Shown one piece after another: positions 8,575 to 17,514 of a stretch of 64,000 nucleotides of DNA. Each line of letters begins with the position of its first letter. Position 1 is the first letter of the stretch. The position numbers and the translations under genes were made by a program. The notes under the pieces are model-generated. The model was not told where the DNA came from and did no database searches. It was given only the letters and a program-made list of their open reading frames with translations. Where the stretch lies: positions 137,221 through 201,220 of the forward strand of contig CAYNRK010000001.1 of the NCBI GenBank assembly GCA_964399675.1, given 5' to 3'. This DNA comes from an uncultured Gammaproteobacteria bacterium (GTDB lineage: Bacteria; Patescibacteriota; Patescibacteriia; UBA9934; GWF2-40-263).

Positions 8575-10140
8575 TTATCTTGCGTATTCAATGACGCGTG
8601 TTTCACGAATGATAGTAACCTTAATCTCACCGGGATAACTAAGTTCTGCCTCGATTTTATTGGCAATATCTTTAGCCAATCTGTAGGCTGTTAGGTCATC
8701 AATTTTTTCAGGTTGAACAAAGATGCGTATTTCACGGCCGGCTTGGATAGCATAAACTTTTTCCACTCCCTCAAAAGCTGAAGCAGTTCGTTCAAGTTCT
8801 TCCATGCGTTGAATGAATTGTTCAAGCGATTGCTTGCGTGCTCCGGGACGAGCTCCACTAATAGCATCCGCAGCTTTGATTATTGCACCTTCAATTGTTC
8901 GCGGCCTGTCTTCATGATGGGCAACGGATTGATAGCAAATCTCTTCTGGGAAACCAAATTTTTTCATGATGTTGTAACCGATCTCCGGATGAGCACCTTG
9001 CATATCATGGTCAACCGCTTTTCCAATGTCATGGAACAGTCCACCTTTTTTACACACAAAAACATCAGCCCCAAGTTCTTCCGCAATCATCCCTGACAGC
9101 ATTCCAACTTCAATCGAGTGCTGAAGCGCATTCTGTCCGTAGCTTGTTCGATATCTCATGCGACCCAAAATAGAAATAAGTTTTGGATCAACGGATGAGA
9201 CTGGAATTCCAAGTTGATACAAAGCGTCTTCTCCAACTTTTCGAAGATCCTTTGCAAGAGATTTCTTTGCTGTTTGAACGGCTTCTTCAATACGTGCCGG
9301 ATGGATTCGTCCATCTTTAATAAGTGCATCAAGAGACCGCTTGGCAACTTGACGTCGGATCGGTGAAAAACCACTTACAGTGATCATCTCCGGAGTGTCG
9401 TCAACTATGATTTCTGTTCCTGTAAGCATTTCAATTGCTTTGATATTTCGACCTTCTTTTCCAATAATGCGTCCTTTCATTTCGTCATTTGGGAGTTGAA
9501 CAGATGTTGTTGTTGTGTCAGTTGAAACAGAAGAAGCAAATCGTGTTAATGCAAGAGAAAGAACTTTGCGAGATTTTTTCTCCAGTTCTTCTTCGTTCTC
9601 CTGTTCCAATTTTCTTAAGCGGCTCATAAGAGCGACTTGAGATTCCTTTTCAACAGCTTTAAGCAAACGTTCTTCTGCTTGCTCACGACTGAGCCCTGCC
9701 ACCTCTTGGAGTTTTTTAACCTGTTCTTCTTTTATGGAATGAATTTTTTCTTTGACTTCCTCTAACTGTTTGAGCTTTTCATCAAGTTTGTTTTTCTTGT
9801 CCTCAAACTCGTTCAGTTTTTGATCAAACATGTTCTCACGCTTTTCAATGCGTTTTTGTTGATCTTGTATGTCCCTGCGTCGTGTTTGTTCTTCTCGCTT
9901 TGCCTCATCAATAATTTTGATGGTTTTTTCTTTGGCAGCTAACAGAAGTTCTTGCTGCTTGGTTTTTGTTTCTTGCAGCACTTGGTGTTGTTTTGTTTTT
10001 GCTTCGGAGATCAATTTTTCAGCGCGTGCTTCAGAAGCATCAGCCATTTTTTTAGCTTGAGCTTTTCGGAATACATATCCAAGCACACCACCGATCAAAA
10101 GACCAAGAGCAATTGCAACAATAAGGTCAGTTGATAACAT
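8575..10140 (-). CDS. rny: Ribonuclease Y (N-terminal TM helix, KH domain, HD domain).
   Basis: TM helix LIVAIALGLLIGGVLGY, then a coiled coil, then KH GKEGRNIKAIE and HD HHEDRP...HDIGK. ATG at 10140; the ORF track starts at an upstream TTG. Confidence 0.9.
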   Translation of the reverse strand: MLSTDLIVAIALGLLIGGVLGYVFRKAQAKKMADASEARAEKLISEAKTKQHQVLQETKTKQQELLLAAKEKTIKIIDEAKREEQTRRRDIQDQQKRIEKRENMFDQKLNEFEDKKNKLDEKLKQLEEVKEKIHSIKEEQVKKLQEVAGLSREQAEERLLKAVEKESQVALMSRLRKLEQENEEELEKKSRKVLSLALTRFASSVSTDTTTTSVQLPNDEMKGRIIGKEGRNIKAIEMLTGTEIIVDDTPEMITVSGFSPIRRQVAKRSLDALIKDGRIHPARIEEAVQTAKKSLAKDLRKVGEDALYQLGIPVSSVDPKLISILGRMRYRTSYGQNALQHSIEVGMLSGMIAEELGADVFVCKKGGLFHDIGKAVDHDMQGAHPEIGYNIMKKFGFPEEICYQSVAHHEDRPRTIEGAIIKAADAISGARPGARKQSLEQFIQRMEELERTASAFEGVEKVYAIQAGREIRIFVQPEKIDDLTAYRLAKDIANKIEAELSYPGEIKVTIIRETRVIEYAR

Positions 10141-10445
10141 AAAACTTCTCAATGGCTTGAGAAGTCAACAGCAGGCTCGCGCTTGCGAGCTAAACGAAAT
10201 CAGATTTTAGGCAGCACGCTTTTATAACAAAAAACCTCGCTTGATATACAAGAGAGATGAATTGATTGTAGTTGATAAAGCGTTTATTTGCATAAAATGT
10301 CTGCTTTCGAGCAAGGTCTGTTGATGCCTCCCAAGTCAGATAATCAATAATTACGTGCGCTTAGCTTAGCAAAAAGTCGGATATATGTCAAAGGCTTTAA
10401 TTTATCTTAAATTCGTCCAATTATTGATTGAAATGAAAAAGGGTG

Positions 10446-11849
10446 TCACCGTTTGGCAGCACCCGAGCAAAGACGCAGTGTTTCAAGATGCGATGGATCA
10501 TCGTTGATTCCCGCGCAGAGAGGTTCTTCGTATTCGATCCATGTTCCGGCTGGATGTGGGATTTTGTAACGCACAATCCCTTCTTCGGGAATGACATCCA
10601 TTTCGATCGCCCACAGCGAGTGGAAGGACAGGTTGAGGTTTCCTTCGGCTCTTGGAAGGAGCAAGGCAAAGGACGTTGGACGGGCGATATCTGAATCCGT
10701 CTGGTGTCGATCGTGAACACGGCGCCATAGTTCTATTGCTGAGATCAGCGGAACGCCGCCCTGCATATCCAAGATCCATTTGTAACTCCTCGTACCTATG
10801 ACTAACGCGAGGAGACGATCGAGTTGACGAAGTGTTTTCTCCGTCCTGTCCAGATCATCAATCCAGAAGTTCACTCCTGGCTCAAGTGGACACTGTGGAA
10901 GGAGTTCGATTCCGGCATTGATCAGCTGTCGTGCAAAGTGTGCAGACTCAGGTGTCACGTGCTCTGGATGAGAGACATGGGCTGAGAGCTTGATCTGGAC
11001 ACCGGTCTCATCACGAAACCCGGTAAGCAAGCGAACGAACTCTTCGTCAAACCGGAATGGAAGCCCAAGAAAGAGTGCTCCTGTGCAGATTCTGAAGCTC
11101 CGCAGGTACTTGGCTGTCTTGAGTTCATTGAGGATGCTTCTCCAGACGTTGTTCGACAGAAGCATTGGTTCGCCGCCAGAGAAGAGAATGTCATACACTC
11201 CGGAGAACTCCGGCCTTGTATTCCATTCTTGCACCAGCCATGCTGTCTGTTGAACCGGCTGTGGGATCCAAACAGTCTCTGACCTCCCATCCTTATGGAT
11301 TACTCGAAGCGGCTCTTGGAAACGCGTTTGCGGACCACGATAGCAACCTGCGCAGCCGATAGGACAGGATACGCGTCCTGCACCTCTACCAAGAATCGGG
11401 AGGAATGAGGCATATCCCGGTTTGTGCGTTGCTAGGTAAAACTTCCTGTGTCCTCCGTCGCGCAAAACGACTGAATTCGCCCTTTGGACACCGTAGGGAT
11501 CTGGAGCGGGTTTTAGTCCGAGTCGAGGAAGAAACTTCCTCACCCCTTCGTGTTGAAGGAGATTGAGCGGGAGAAGACTGAGGTCGAATGAACTCAGATA
11601 TTCTCTTAGCAGATCCTCTTTGCCTCGGAATTCCGGAAAGAGGTTAAGAAAGGAATCAAGGTCGCTGGACGTCAAGCGATTCTTGACATGCCATTTCCAA
11701 TCGCCCCAAGAAGATTCCTTGTCTCCAGTGTGCGAGGATTCGATTCCGATTCCGTTCCGGCCACAGAGTATTGCAGCCTCGGAATCGAGATGACGCGCCA
11801 TCCAGGCGTTGCGAGCTTGTCGCAAAGTCTCGGTTAAGAAGGTGCACAT
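10446..11849 (-). CDS. KamA-family radical-SAM aminomutase-like protein (lysine 2,3-aminomutase/EpmB family), on a high-GC island.
   Basis: N-terminal W-K-W-H-V-K-N-R motif. CPIGCAGCYRG is a CxxxCxxC 4Fe-4S site. FSGGEPML and SFRICTGAL correspond to KamA ISGGDGLL and RIGTRAP. AGGAG ribosome-binding site before ATG at 11849. About 57% GC. Confidence 0.65.
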   Translation of the reverse strand: MCTFLTETLRQARNAWMARHLDSEAAILCGRNGIGIESSHTGDKESSWGDWKWHVKNRLTSSDLDSFLNLFPEFRGKEDLLREYLSSFDLSLLPLNLLQHEGVRKFLPRLGLKPAPDPYGVQRANSVVLRDGGHRKFYLATHKPGYASFLPILGRGAGRVSCPIGCAGCYRGPQTRFQEPLRVIHKDGRSETVWIPQPVQQTAWLVQEWNTRPEFSGVYDILFSGGEPMLLSNNVWRSILNELKTAKYLRSFRICTGALFLGLPFRFDEEFVRLLTGFRDETGVQIKLSAHVSHPEHVTPESAHFARQLINAGIELLPQCPLEPGVNFWIDDLDRTEKTLRQLDRLLALVIGTRSYKWILDMQGGVPLISAIELWRRVHDRHQTDSDIARPTSFALLLPRAEGNLNLSFHSLWAIEMDVIPEEGIVRYKIPHPAGTWIEYEEPLCAGINDDPSHLETLRLCSGAAKR

Positions 11850-11977
11850 GTGTACTCCTAAGCCAAGTGGCACGTTCTTCTTATCAGAGATTGTTTTTGA
11901 AATCAATTTTTCAAACCAAACCAGCCGCTTTTACACGGCTGGTTTGTTGGTCCCAGATGGCCTGCCTGTCGGCAGGT

Positions 11978-12054
11978 TGGTGGACCCGACCGGATTCGAA
12001 CCGGTAATTCTCGGTGCTAACGCGAACGGGGTTACCAATTACCCCCACGGGCCC
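11978..12054 (-). tRNA. tRNA-like sequence. The acceptor stem with a G3:U70 pair (Ala-like), the D-arm, the T-arm GGTTCGAATCC and a CCA end are canonical. The anticodon arm is aberrant, so this is possibly a pseudo-tRNA or an integration-site remnant.
   Basis: Minus-strand read GGGCCCGTGGGGGTAATTGGTAACCCCGTTCGCGTTAGCACCGAGAATTACCGGTTCGAATCCGGTCGGGTCCACCA. The anticodon stem TTCGC/CCGAG has a C-C mismatch, and the loop GTTAGCA has a non-purine at position 37. Confidence 0.4.
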
Positions 12055-12098
12055 AGATCCAATCTGGGTTATGAAACAAAAAACAACCTCGTTCGAGG

Positions 12099-12183
12099 CG
12101 TCTTTTGTTAGCACCGAGATAGACCCGTGTGGATCCCCACTCGCTTATAGAAGATTGTAGCAACAAAATCGTGTTTTGTCAAA
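12099..12183 (+). repeat. About 85-bp direct repeat, copy A, upstream of the TylF-like methyltransferase gene.
   Basis: The sequence ...cttatagaagattgtagcaacaaaatcgtgttttgtcaaac is identical to 13166-13206. The left part gttagcaccgagat is an inverted copy of tRNA-like nt 12009-12021. Confidence 0.7.
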
Positions 12184-12250
12184 CTGATTCAAGAGAATTG
12201 ATTTAGCGAGAAAAATTGAAAAACAAATTTGAGAACGATACAATAGGTTT

Positions 12251-13000
12251 ATGAAAAACTACAGATATACTGCCCTGCAAAGGGTTGGCAAAAATATTTA
12301 CCGCAAGTTTTTTCCAGTTCCAAAGTCTCCGTGGACTGCTGGACATGTAGAAGATATTTGCAAAGTTAATCTCGTGCCTCCTGAAAAGCTCGTGGAGTTT
12401 TTTAAGGGAGCCATCAAAAAACTTCGTCATTTAAAAGAAGATGACATTGGTGATTATCTTGAGTTTGGGGTATTCAATGGAAATTCTATTGGGAGCATGC
12501 ATATAGCGAAAAAAAGTATGGGTGAAACATCAATGCGCCTCTTTGGGTTTGATGCCTTTGAAGGATTGCCTGCTGGTGCAGAGAATGAAGATGATGGTGT
12601 GTGGAAGAAAGGATTTTATTCATGTTCATTTGAAGAAATGAAAGAATGTCTTCGACGAAGAGGGGTTGATCCAGAAGATATTACTTGGGTATGTGGTTGG
12701 TATGATTCAATGCTTACAAAAGAGACTGCCAAAAAGTATAAGTTGGATAATCTCGGGATTGTTTTTGTTGATTGCGACACCTACAGTTCATCAAAGTCAG
12801 CTCTTGATTTTATTGGTCCGCTCATTACCAAACCTGTGATTATTTGTTTTGATGATTGGAAGCTCAATAATCTTGATCTAAAAGGAATGGGTGAATACAA
12901 ATCTTTTAATGAATTCTTAGATTTAAATTCTCACCTAAAGGCCGAGGAGATAAAATCCTGCAATCGAAAATCAAAATCGTTTCTTGTAACTCTGAAGTGA
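12251..13000 (+). CDS. Class I SAM-dependent O-methyltransferase, TylF/MycF (macrocin-O-MT) family-like.
   Basis: LEFGVFNGNS (Gly-rich SAM loop) and VFVDCDTYSS...ICFDDW acidic motifs typical of the TylF family. Confidence 0.55.
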   Translation: MKNYRYTALQRVGKNIYRKFFPVPKSPWTAGHVEDICKVNLVPPEKLVEFFKGAIKKLRHLKEDDIGDYLEFGVFNGNSIGSMHIAKKSMGETSMRLFGFDAFEGLPAGAENEDDGVWKKGFYSCSFEEMKECLRRRGVDPEDITWVCGWYDSMLTKETAKKYKLDNLGIVFVDCDTYSSSKSALDFIGPLITKPVIICFDDWKLNNLDLKGMGEYKSFNEFLDLNSHLKAEEIKSCNRKSKSFLVTLK

Positions 13001-13121
13001 GATTAGTCAAACCAAACTAACCCCTCCGGAACAATCCTAACGATCGTTAGGATTGTTCCGGAGAGTATTGAAGCAGTTCTTAATCAAAAACTCCCCACCG
13101 CAATAAACGAAAGGGAGCTTT

Positions 13122-13206
13122 TTGTTGGCACCAAGATTTCGATCCGTGTGGACCCAACTTGCTTATAGAAGATTGTAGCAACAAAATCGTGTTTTGTCAA
13201 ACAGTT
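13122..13206 (+). repeat. About 85-bp direct repeat, copy B, flanking the other side of the methyltransferase gene and abutting the truB 3' end.
   Basis: About 85% identical to 12099-12183, including an identical 41-bp core. Confidence 0.7.
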
Positions 13207-13893
13207 TTAGAGCTGCGAAAGGAAGTCTTTGACTGGCAAAATTTTTAATTCAATATTTTCTTTTGTAAGTTTCTCAAGAGAGTAAGCGTTCTTTAAAAAG
13301 TAAGGGCCAATGCTGGTGCGTTTAAGTTCCTGGACATAACCACCAGTGCCAAGTTCTTTTCCAAGGTCGCGTGCAATCGCTCGGATGTAAGTTCCAGAAG
13401 AGCAATGGATTCTAACTCGCAACGGTGTTTCTGAAACCAGTTCTAAATTAAATATCGTTACCAAACGCGACTTGGCTTTAATAGGCTTTCCTTTGCGAGC
13501 AGCTTCATACATTTTTTGGCCTTTGATTTTTATGGCTGAGTAAGCCGGTGGAATTTGTTCAATCTTTCCCACAAATTGTTGTAATGCTTTTTTGATTTCT
13601 TTTTCGCCCAGGCTAAAGCCTGGGGCTACCTTTTCGAGTGTTCCGGTTCGATCGTCAGTATCAGAACTTGCACCCAACACAAACTCTGCTTCATATTTTT
13701 TATCAAGCCCAACAAGTTTTGACATCTCACGTGTTGCAGCACGTCCAATGCCAACAATAAGCAACCCTGTTGCAAACGGATCTAAAGTTCCGGCGTGCCC
13801 AACACGTTTCTCATTGGTTAAACGCCTTATGCGTGCGACCACATCATGTGAAGTCATACCATCCGGTTTGTCTGTAAGAAGAAACCCTTCCAT
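13207..13893 (-). CDS. truB: tRNA pseudouridine(55) synthase TruB, with an in-frame GPSL element (VAPGFSLGE).
   Basis: LLTDKPDGMTSHDVVARIRR...GHAGTLDPFATGLL is the catalytic Asp motif. The element is at 13605-13630. Confidence 0.9.
   Translation of the reverse strand: MEGFLLTDKPDGMTSHDVVARIRRLTNEKRVGHAGTLDPFATGLLIVGIGRAATREMSKLVGLDKKYEAEFVLGASSDTDDRTGTLEKVAPGFSLGEKEIKKALQQFVGKIEQIPPAYSAIKIKGQKMYEAARKGKPIKAKSRLVTIFNLELVSETPLRVRIHCSSGTYIRAIARDLGKELGTGGYVQELKRTSIGPYFLKNAYSLEKLTKENIELKILPVKDFLSQL
13605..13630 (+). repeat. GPSL element copy inside truB, in-frame, encoding APGFSLGE.
   Basis: cgcccaggctaaagcctggggctac is identical to the reverse complement of 60284-60308. Confidence 0.8.
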
Positions 13894-13943
13894 ATATTGA
13901 CCAGTTTATGAATTTAAGCTAAACTTTGACCAGTTTTTCTTCT

Positions 13944-15977
13944 ATGAATATAACCGAACTTGCAAGAAGACTCAAAGTCAGACCAGAAGAACTTAGGCAA
14001 AAACTTCCTGAGCTTGGATTTAGTGTTGGGAAAAAGGCAATCAAAATCGACGGTCGTCAGGCAAATCGTATTATGGTTGCATGGTCAGAAATGAAGCGAA
14101 AAGAACGTCTTGCAGAAAAAGCTGAGCGACAAAAAAACATGGGGCGCCAGGAGAAAGATGAGAACATAGAGCGAAAGCCTATTAATCTTCCATCCATTAT
14201 TACTGTTCGTGATTTTGCTTCCAAGCTTGAGCTCCCTGTTCCGCGCGTTATGCAAGAACTTATGCGAAATGGAATTTTGGCTTCGCTTAATGAACGTATT
14301 GATTTTGACACAGCTTCCATTATTGCAGAAGACCTTGGGTTTAAAGCAACGCTGGAGGGTGAAGAAGTACAAGAGGATGAAGAGGGTCTCGACAAGATTA
14401 GAAAACGTGTTGAAAAAGATGATAAGACAAGCCTAAAGGAACGGCCGCCGGTTGTTGTTGTAATGGGTCATGTTGATCATGGAAAAACACGACTTTTAGA
14501 TGCGGTTAGACGTACAAACGTGATGGACTCAGAGGCTGGGGGAATCACTCAGCACATTGGAGCTTACCAGGTTAAGCGCAAGAACACTGCTCTTACATTT
14601 ATTGATACTCCAGGTCACGAAGCTTTTACTGTTATGCGATCCCGTGGTGCAAAGGTGGCTGACATTGCAATTCTGGTTGTGGCTGCTGATGATGGAGTGC
14701 AACCGCAAACAAAAGAAGCAATCGACATTATCACCTCAGCCAAACTTCCATATTTGGTAGCACTCAACAAGATCGATCGCAAAGAGGCAAACGTTGATCG
14801 TGTAAAAGGTGAGCTTGCCGAATATAAGTTAGTATCAGAAGACTGGGGCGGTAAAACAATAATGGTGCCGATCAGTGCTAAAGAGGGAACGAACATTGAT
14901 GATTTATTGGATCACCTTTTGCTTGTTGCTGATGTGGAAAAGGAACACATTGTTGCCAATCCAGACGATCGAGCTATTGGAACAGTGATTGAATCTAATG
15001 TAAATCCAAACTCTGGTCCTGTGGCAACGGTTTTGGTTCAATCAGGAACACTTCGTATTGGAGACATTCTTGGTGTTCGGGCTTCGCTTTTTGGCCGTGT
15101 GCGCGCAATGCAAAACTGGAAGGGTGATGAAATTAAAGCAGCTCCTCCATCAACCCCTGTTCGTATTATTGGATGGAAGTTGGCTCCAACAGTTGGTGAT
15201 ATAATGGAGGTGCCATTGAATGTAAAGGATCTTAGAAAAATTAAGTCAACAGATATTTCAACAAAAGCAACAGAAGAAGTGGCTGCGATCAAGCAAGTTG
15301 TAAATGTGGAAGAGGGAGAAGAAGGGGAAGAGGTGAAAAAGGAAATGTTGAACTTGGTTATTCGCACAGACGTGCTCGGATCGCTTGAGGCGATTTTGGG
15401 AATGCTTGATAAGATTAAGCATGAAGACATTGGAGTGAAGGTTGTACAAAAAGGATTGGGCAACATTACAGAGACAGATGTGCTCACAGCAGAAGCAACA
15501 AAAGCAATTGTTTTGGGATTTAATGTGCAGAGCATAGGAGCTGCTGAGGAGCTTGCGCGTGACAAGGAGGTTGATGTGCGTCGGTTTAAAGTGATTTATA
15601 AGTTATTTGAGGAAGTGATTGATGAGCTGCAAAAGCGTTTGCCGTCAGAAACCGTGATTACAGAAATGGGTAAGTTTGAAGTAATTAAAAATTTCAAAAA
15701 AGATGATAAAGGTTGGATTGTTGGCGGAAAGGTTAAAGAAGAAAAAATTATTCCAAAGGCAAAAGTGCGACTATTGCGAAATGGGGAGTATGTTGGTGAA
15801 GGGGAAATCCTTACATTACAGCTGGGTAATGCTCAACTTAAGGATGGAAAACCTGGGCAGGAAGTTGGAATGATGTACAAAGGAAAAGTGAAACCAGAGG
15901 AAGGGGATGTGTTTGAGACATATGTTGAACAGAGAAAATCTCGTGAATTAAAATTGGAGGGTATTGACCTTCGCTAA
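13944..15977 (+). CDS. infB: Translation initiation factor IF-2.
   Basis: G-domain [22 protein letters not shown]. Full C-terminal domains are present. ATG at 13944; the ORF track starts at a TTG at 13926. Confidence 0.9.
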   Translation: MNITELARRLKVRPEELRQKLPELGFSVGKKAIKIDGRQANRIMVAWSEMKRKERLAEKAERQKNMGRQEKDENIERKPINLPSIITVRDFASKLELPVPRVMQELMRNGILASLNERIDFDTASIIAEDLGFKATLEGEEVQEDEEGLDKIRKRVEKDDKTSLKERPPVVVVMGHVDHGKTRLLDAVRRTNVMDSEAGGITQHIGAYQVKRKNTALTFIDTPGHEAFTVMRSRGAKVADIAILVVAADDGVQPQTKEAIDIITSAKLPYLVALNKIDRKEANVDRVKGELAEYKLVSEDWGGKTIMVPISAKEGTNIDDLLDHLLLVADVEKEHIVANPDDRAIGTVIESNVNPNSGPVATVLVQSGTLRIGDILGVRASLFGRVRAMQNWKGDEIKAAPPSTPVRIIGWKLAPTVGDIMEVPLNVKDLRKIKSTDISTKATEEVAAIKQVVNVEEGEEGEEVKKEMLNLVIRTDVLGSLEAILGMLDKIKHEDIGVKVVQKGLGNITETDVLTAEATKAIVLGFNVQSIGAAEELARDKEVDVRRFKVIYKLFEEVIDELQKRLPSETVITEMGKFEVIKNFKKDDKGWIVGGKVKEEKIIPKAKVRLLRNGEYVGEGEILTLQLGNAQLKDGKPGQEVGMMYKGKVKPEEGDVFETYVEQRKSRELKLEGIDLR

Positions 15978-15982
15978 TCGTT

Positions 15983-16315
15983 TTGGAAACCATGCTTATG
16001 CTACACATTGAGTTAACCTCTGAAAATTTTGACGAGTCTGTTCTTCAAGCAGACAAACCTGTTCTTGTAGATTTTTGGGCGCCGTGGTGTGGTCCGTGTA
16101 AAATTGTTGGTCCGATTATTGAGGAGCTTGCCAGTGAAATGGACACAGCAGTTATTGGTAAAGTAAATGTGGACGACCACTCGGCTGTTGCACAGCGATA
16201 TAATATTCTTTCGATCCCAACTTTTATTATTTTTAAAGGCGGGCAAGTGGTTGAACAATTTTCTGGTTCAATGAGCAAGGAGGATTTGAAAGCTAAGATT
16301 GAAAAACATTTATAA
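15983..16315 (+). CDS. trxA: Thioredoxin.
   Basis: WAPWCGPCK active site. Confidence 0.9.
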   Translation: METMLMLHIELTSENFDESVLQADKPVLVDFWAPWCGPCKIVGPIIEELASEMDTAVIGKVNVDDHSAVAQRYNILSIPTFIIFKGGQVVEQFSGSMSKEDLKAKIEKHL

Positions 16316-16324
16316 AATTATTTT

Positions 16325-16456
16325 TGTCATCCCGAGCGAAGGCCCGTCAGACGGGCCGAAGCCGAGGGATCTCGAATTATTTATGCGAGATCTCTCCGCT
16401 CGCGGAGCCTGCCCTGAGCGAACGAAGTGAGTCGAATGGGCTCGGTCGAGATGACA
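16325..16456. repeat. TGTCAT-family GC-rich palindromic intergenic element (tgtcatcccgagcgaag...ggtcgagatgaca), copy 1.
   Basis: Terminal inverted repeats TGTCATCCCGAG/CTCGGTCGAGATGACA. Internal nested palindromes ggcccgtcagacgggcc and gagatctc. About 60% GC in an AT-rich context. Confidence 0.75.
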
Positions 16457-16462
16457 GTGTTT

Positions 16463-17401
16463 ATGAACACTCAAAACGTAACCATAATCGGTTCTGGTCC
16501 GGCAGGGTATACTGCTGCCATTTATTGCGCGCGAGCTGAGCTTGCGCCGCTTTTGTTTGAAGGTCGTCAGCTTGGTGGTCAGCCAGGTGGCCAACTCATG
16601 CTTACAACAGAGGTTGAAAATTTTCCTGGGTTTCCAGATGGGCTAATGGGGCCTGAGATAATGGAAAAGTTTAAAAAGCAAGCTGAGCGATTTGGAACAA
16701 AAATTATCACAGACGATATTGTTGAGGTTGATTTTTCCGCACGTCCGTTTGTACTCAAAACCAGTGATCAAGAATTCAAGTCACAGACAGTGATAATCTG
16801 CACAGGGGCTCAAGCAATGTGGCTTGGTGTGCCTGGCGAAGAAAAGTATAAAGGGAATGGTGTTTCAGCTTGTGCCACTTGTGATGGATTCTTTTTTAAA
16901 GATAAACAGGTGGTTATTGTTGGTGGTGGTGATGCAGCGATGGAAGAGGCAAATTTTCTCACCAAGTTTGCAAGTAAGGTTACTGTAATGGTCAGACGCG
17001 ATGAACTTCGAGCTTCAAAGATTATGCAAAAGCGTGCAATGGACAACGAGAAGATTGAGTTTGTTTGGAACACAGAAGTACAAGAAGTTCTGGGTGATGA
17101 GCAAAAAATGACTGGCGTGAAACTACTTAACAACAAAACAAACGAAACTTCAGAGTTTTCAGCAGACGGACTTTTTGTAGCTATTGGTCACAAGCCAAAT
17201 ACGGACATTTTTAAAGGCCAGCTTGATCTGGATAAAAAAGGATATATAACAGTTGAACCTGGAACAACCAAAACCAGCATAGAAGGAGTATTTGCAGGAG
17301 GCGATGTGATCGATTATAAATATCGCCAAGCAATAACAGCCGCTGGAACCGGATGCATGGCAGCACTGGACGCAGAACGTTGGCTGAGTTCAAGGGGATA
17401 A
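16463..17401 (+). CDS. trxB: Thioredoxin reductase.
   Basis: [17 protein letters not shown] motif, CATCDGFFF redox-active CxxC, and [17 protein letters not shown] motif. The ORF-track N-terminal extension overlaps the repeat element. Confidence 0.9.
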   Translation: MNTQNVTIIGSGPAGYTAAIYCARAELAPLLFEGRQLGGQPGGQLMLTTEVENFPGFPDGLMGPEIMEKFKKQAERFGTKIITDDIVEVDFSARPFVLKTSDQEFKSQTVIICTGAQAMWLGVPGEEKYKGNGVSACATCDGFFFKDKQVVIVGGGDAAMEEANFLTKFASKVTVMVRRDELRASKIMQKRAMDNEKIEFVWNTEVQEVLGDEQKMTGVKLLNNKTNETSEFSADGLFVAIGHKPNTDIFKGQLDLDKKGYITVEPGTTKTSIEGVFAGGDVIDYKYRQAITAAGTGCMAALDAERWLSSRG

Positions 17402-17411
17402 TCCGAATATT

Positions 17412-17450
17412 TCCCCCCTTTTCAAGGGGGGATTAAGGGGGGTTAGCATA
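17412..17450 (+). repeat. PPF element copy, intergenic, between trxB and the high-GC lipoprotein gene.
   Basis: ttcccccctttTcaaggggggattaaggggggttagcataa is nearly identical to 45633-45675. Confidence 0.8.
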
Positions 17451-17463
17451 ATTGCTAATTGAC

Positions 17464-17488
17464 AAATAGCCCTAAACGGGCTATTTTT
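17464..17488 (+). terminator. Terminator hairpin aaatagccctaaacgggctattttt after trxB.
   Basis: Stem atagccc/gggctat plus a T-run. The same stem recurs at 18186-18211. Confidence 0.6.
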
Positions 17489-17514
17489 GGTTGTCATCCT
17501 AAAAGGAGAAATGG

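Noticed and set aside
15038-15565. 175-aa minus-strand ORF inside infB
   Set aside because: It is antisense to a conserved gene. It is Ser/Thr-rich low complexity.
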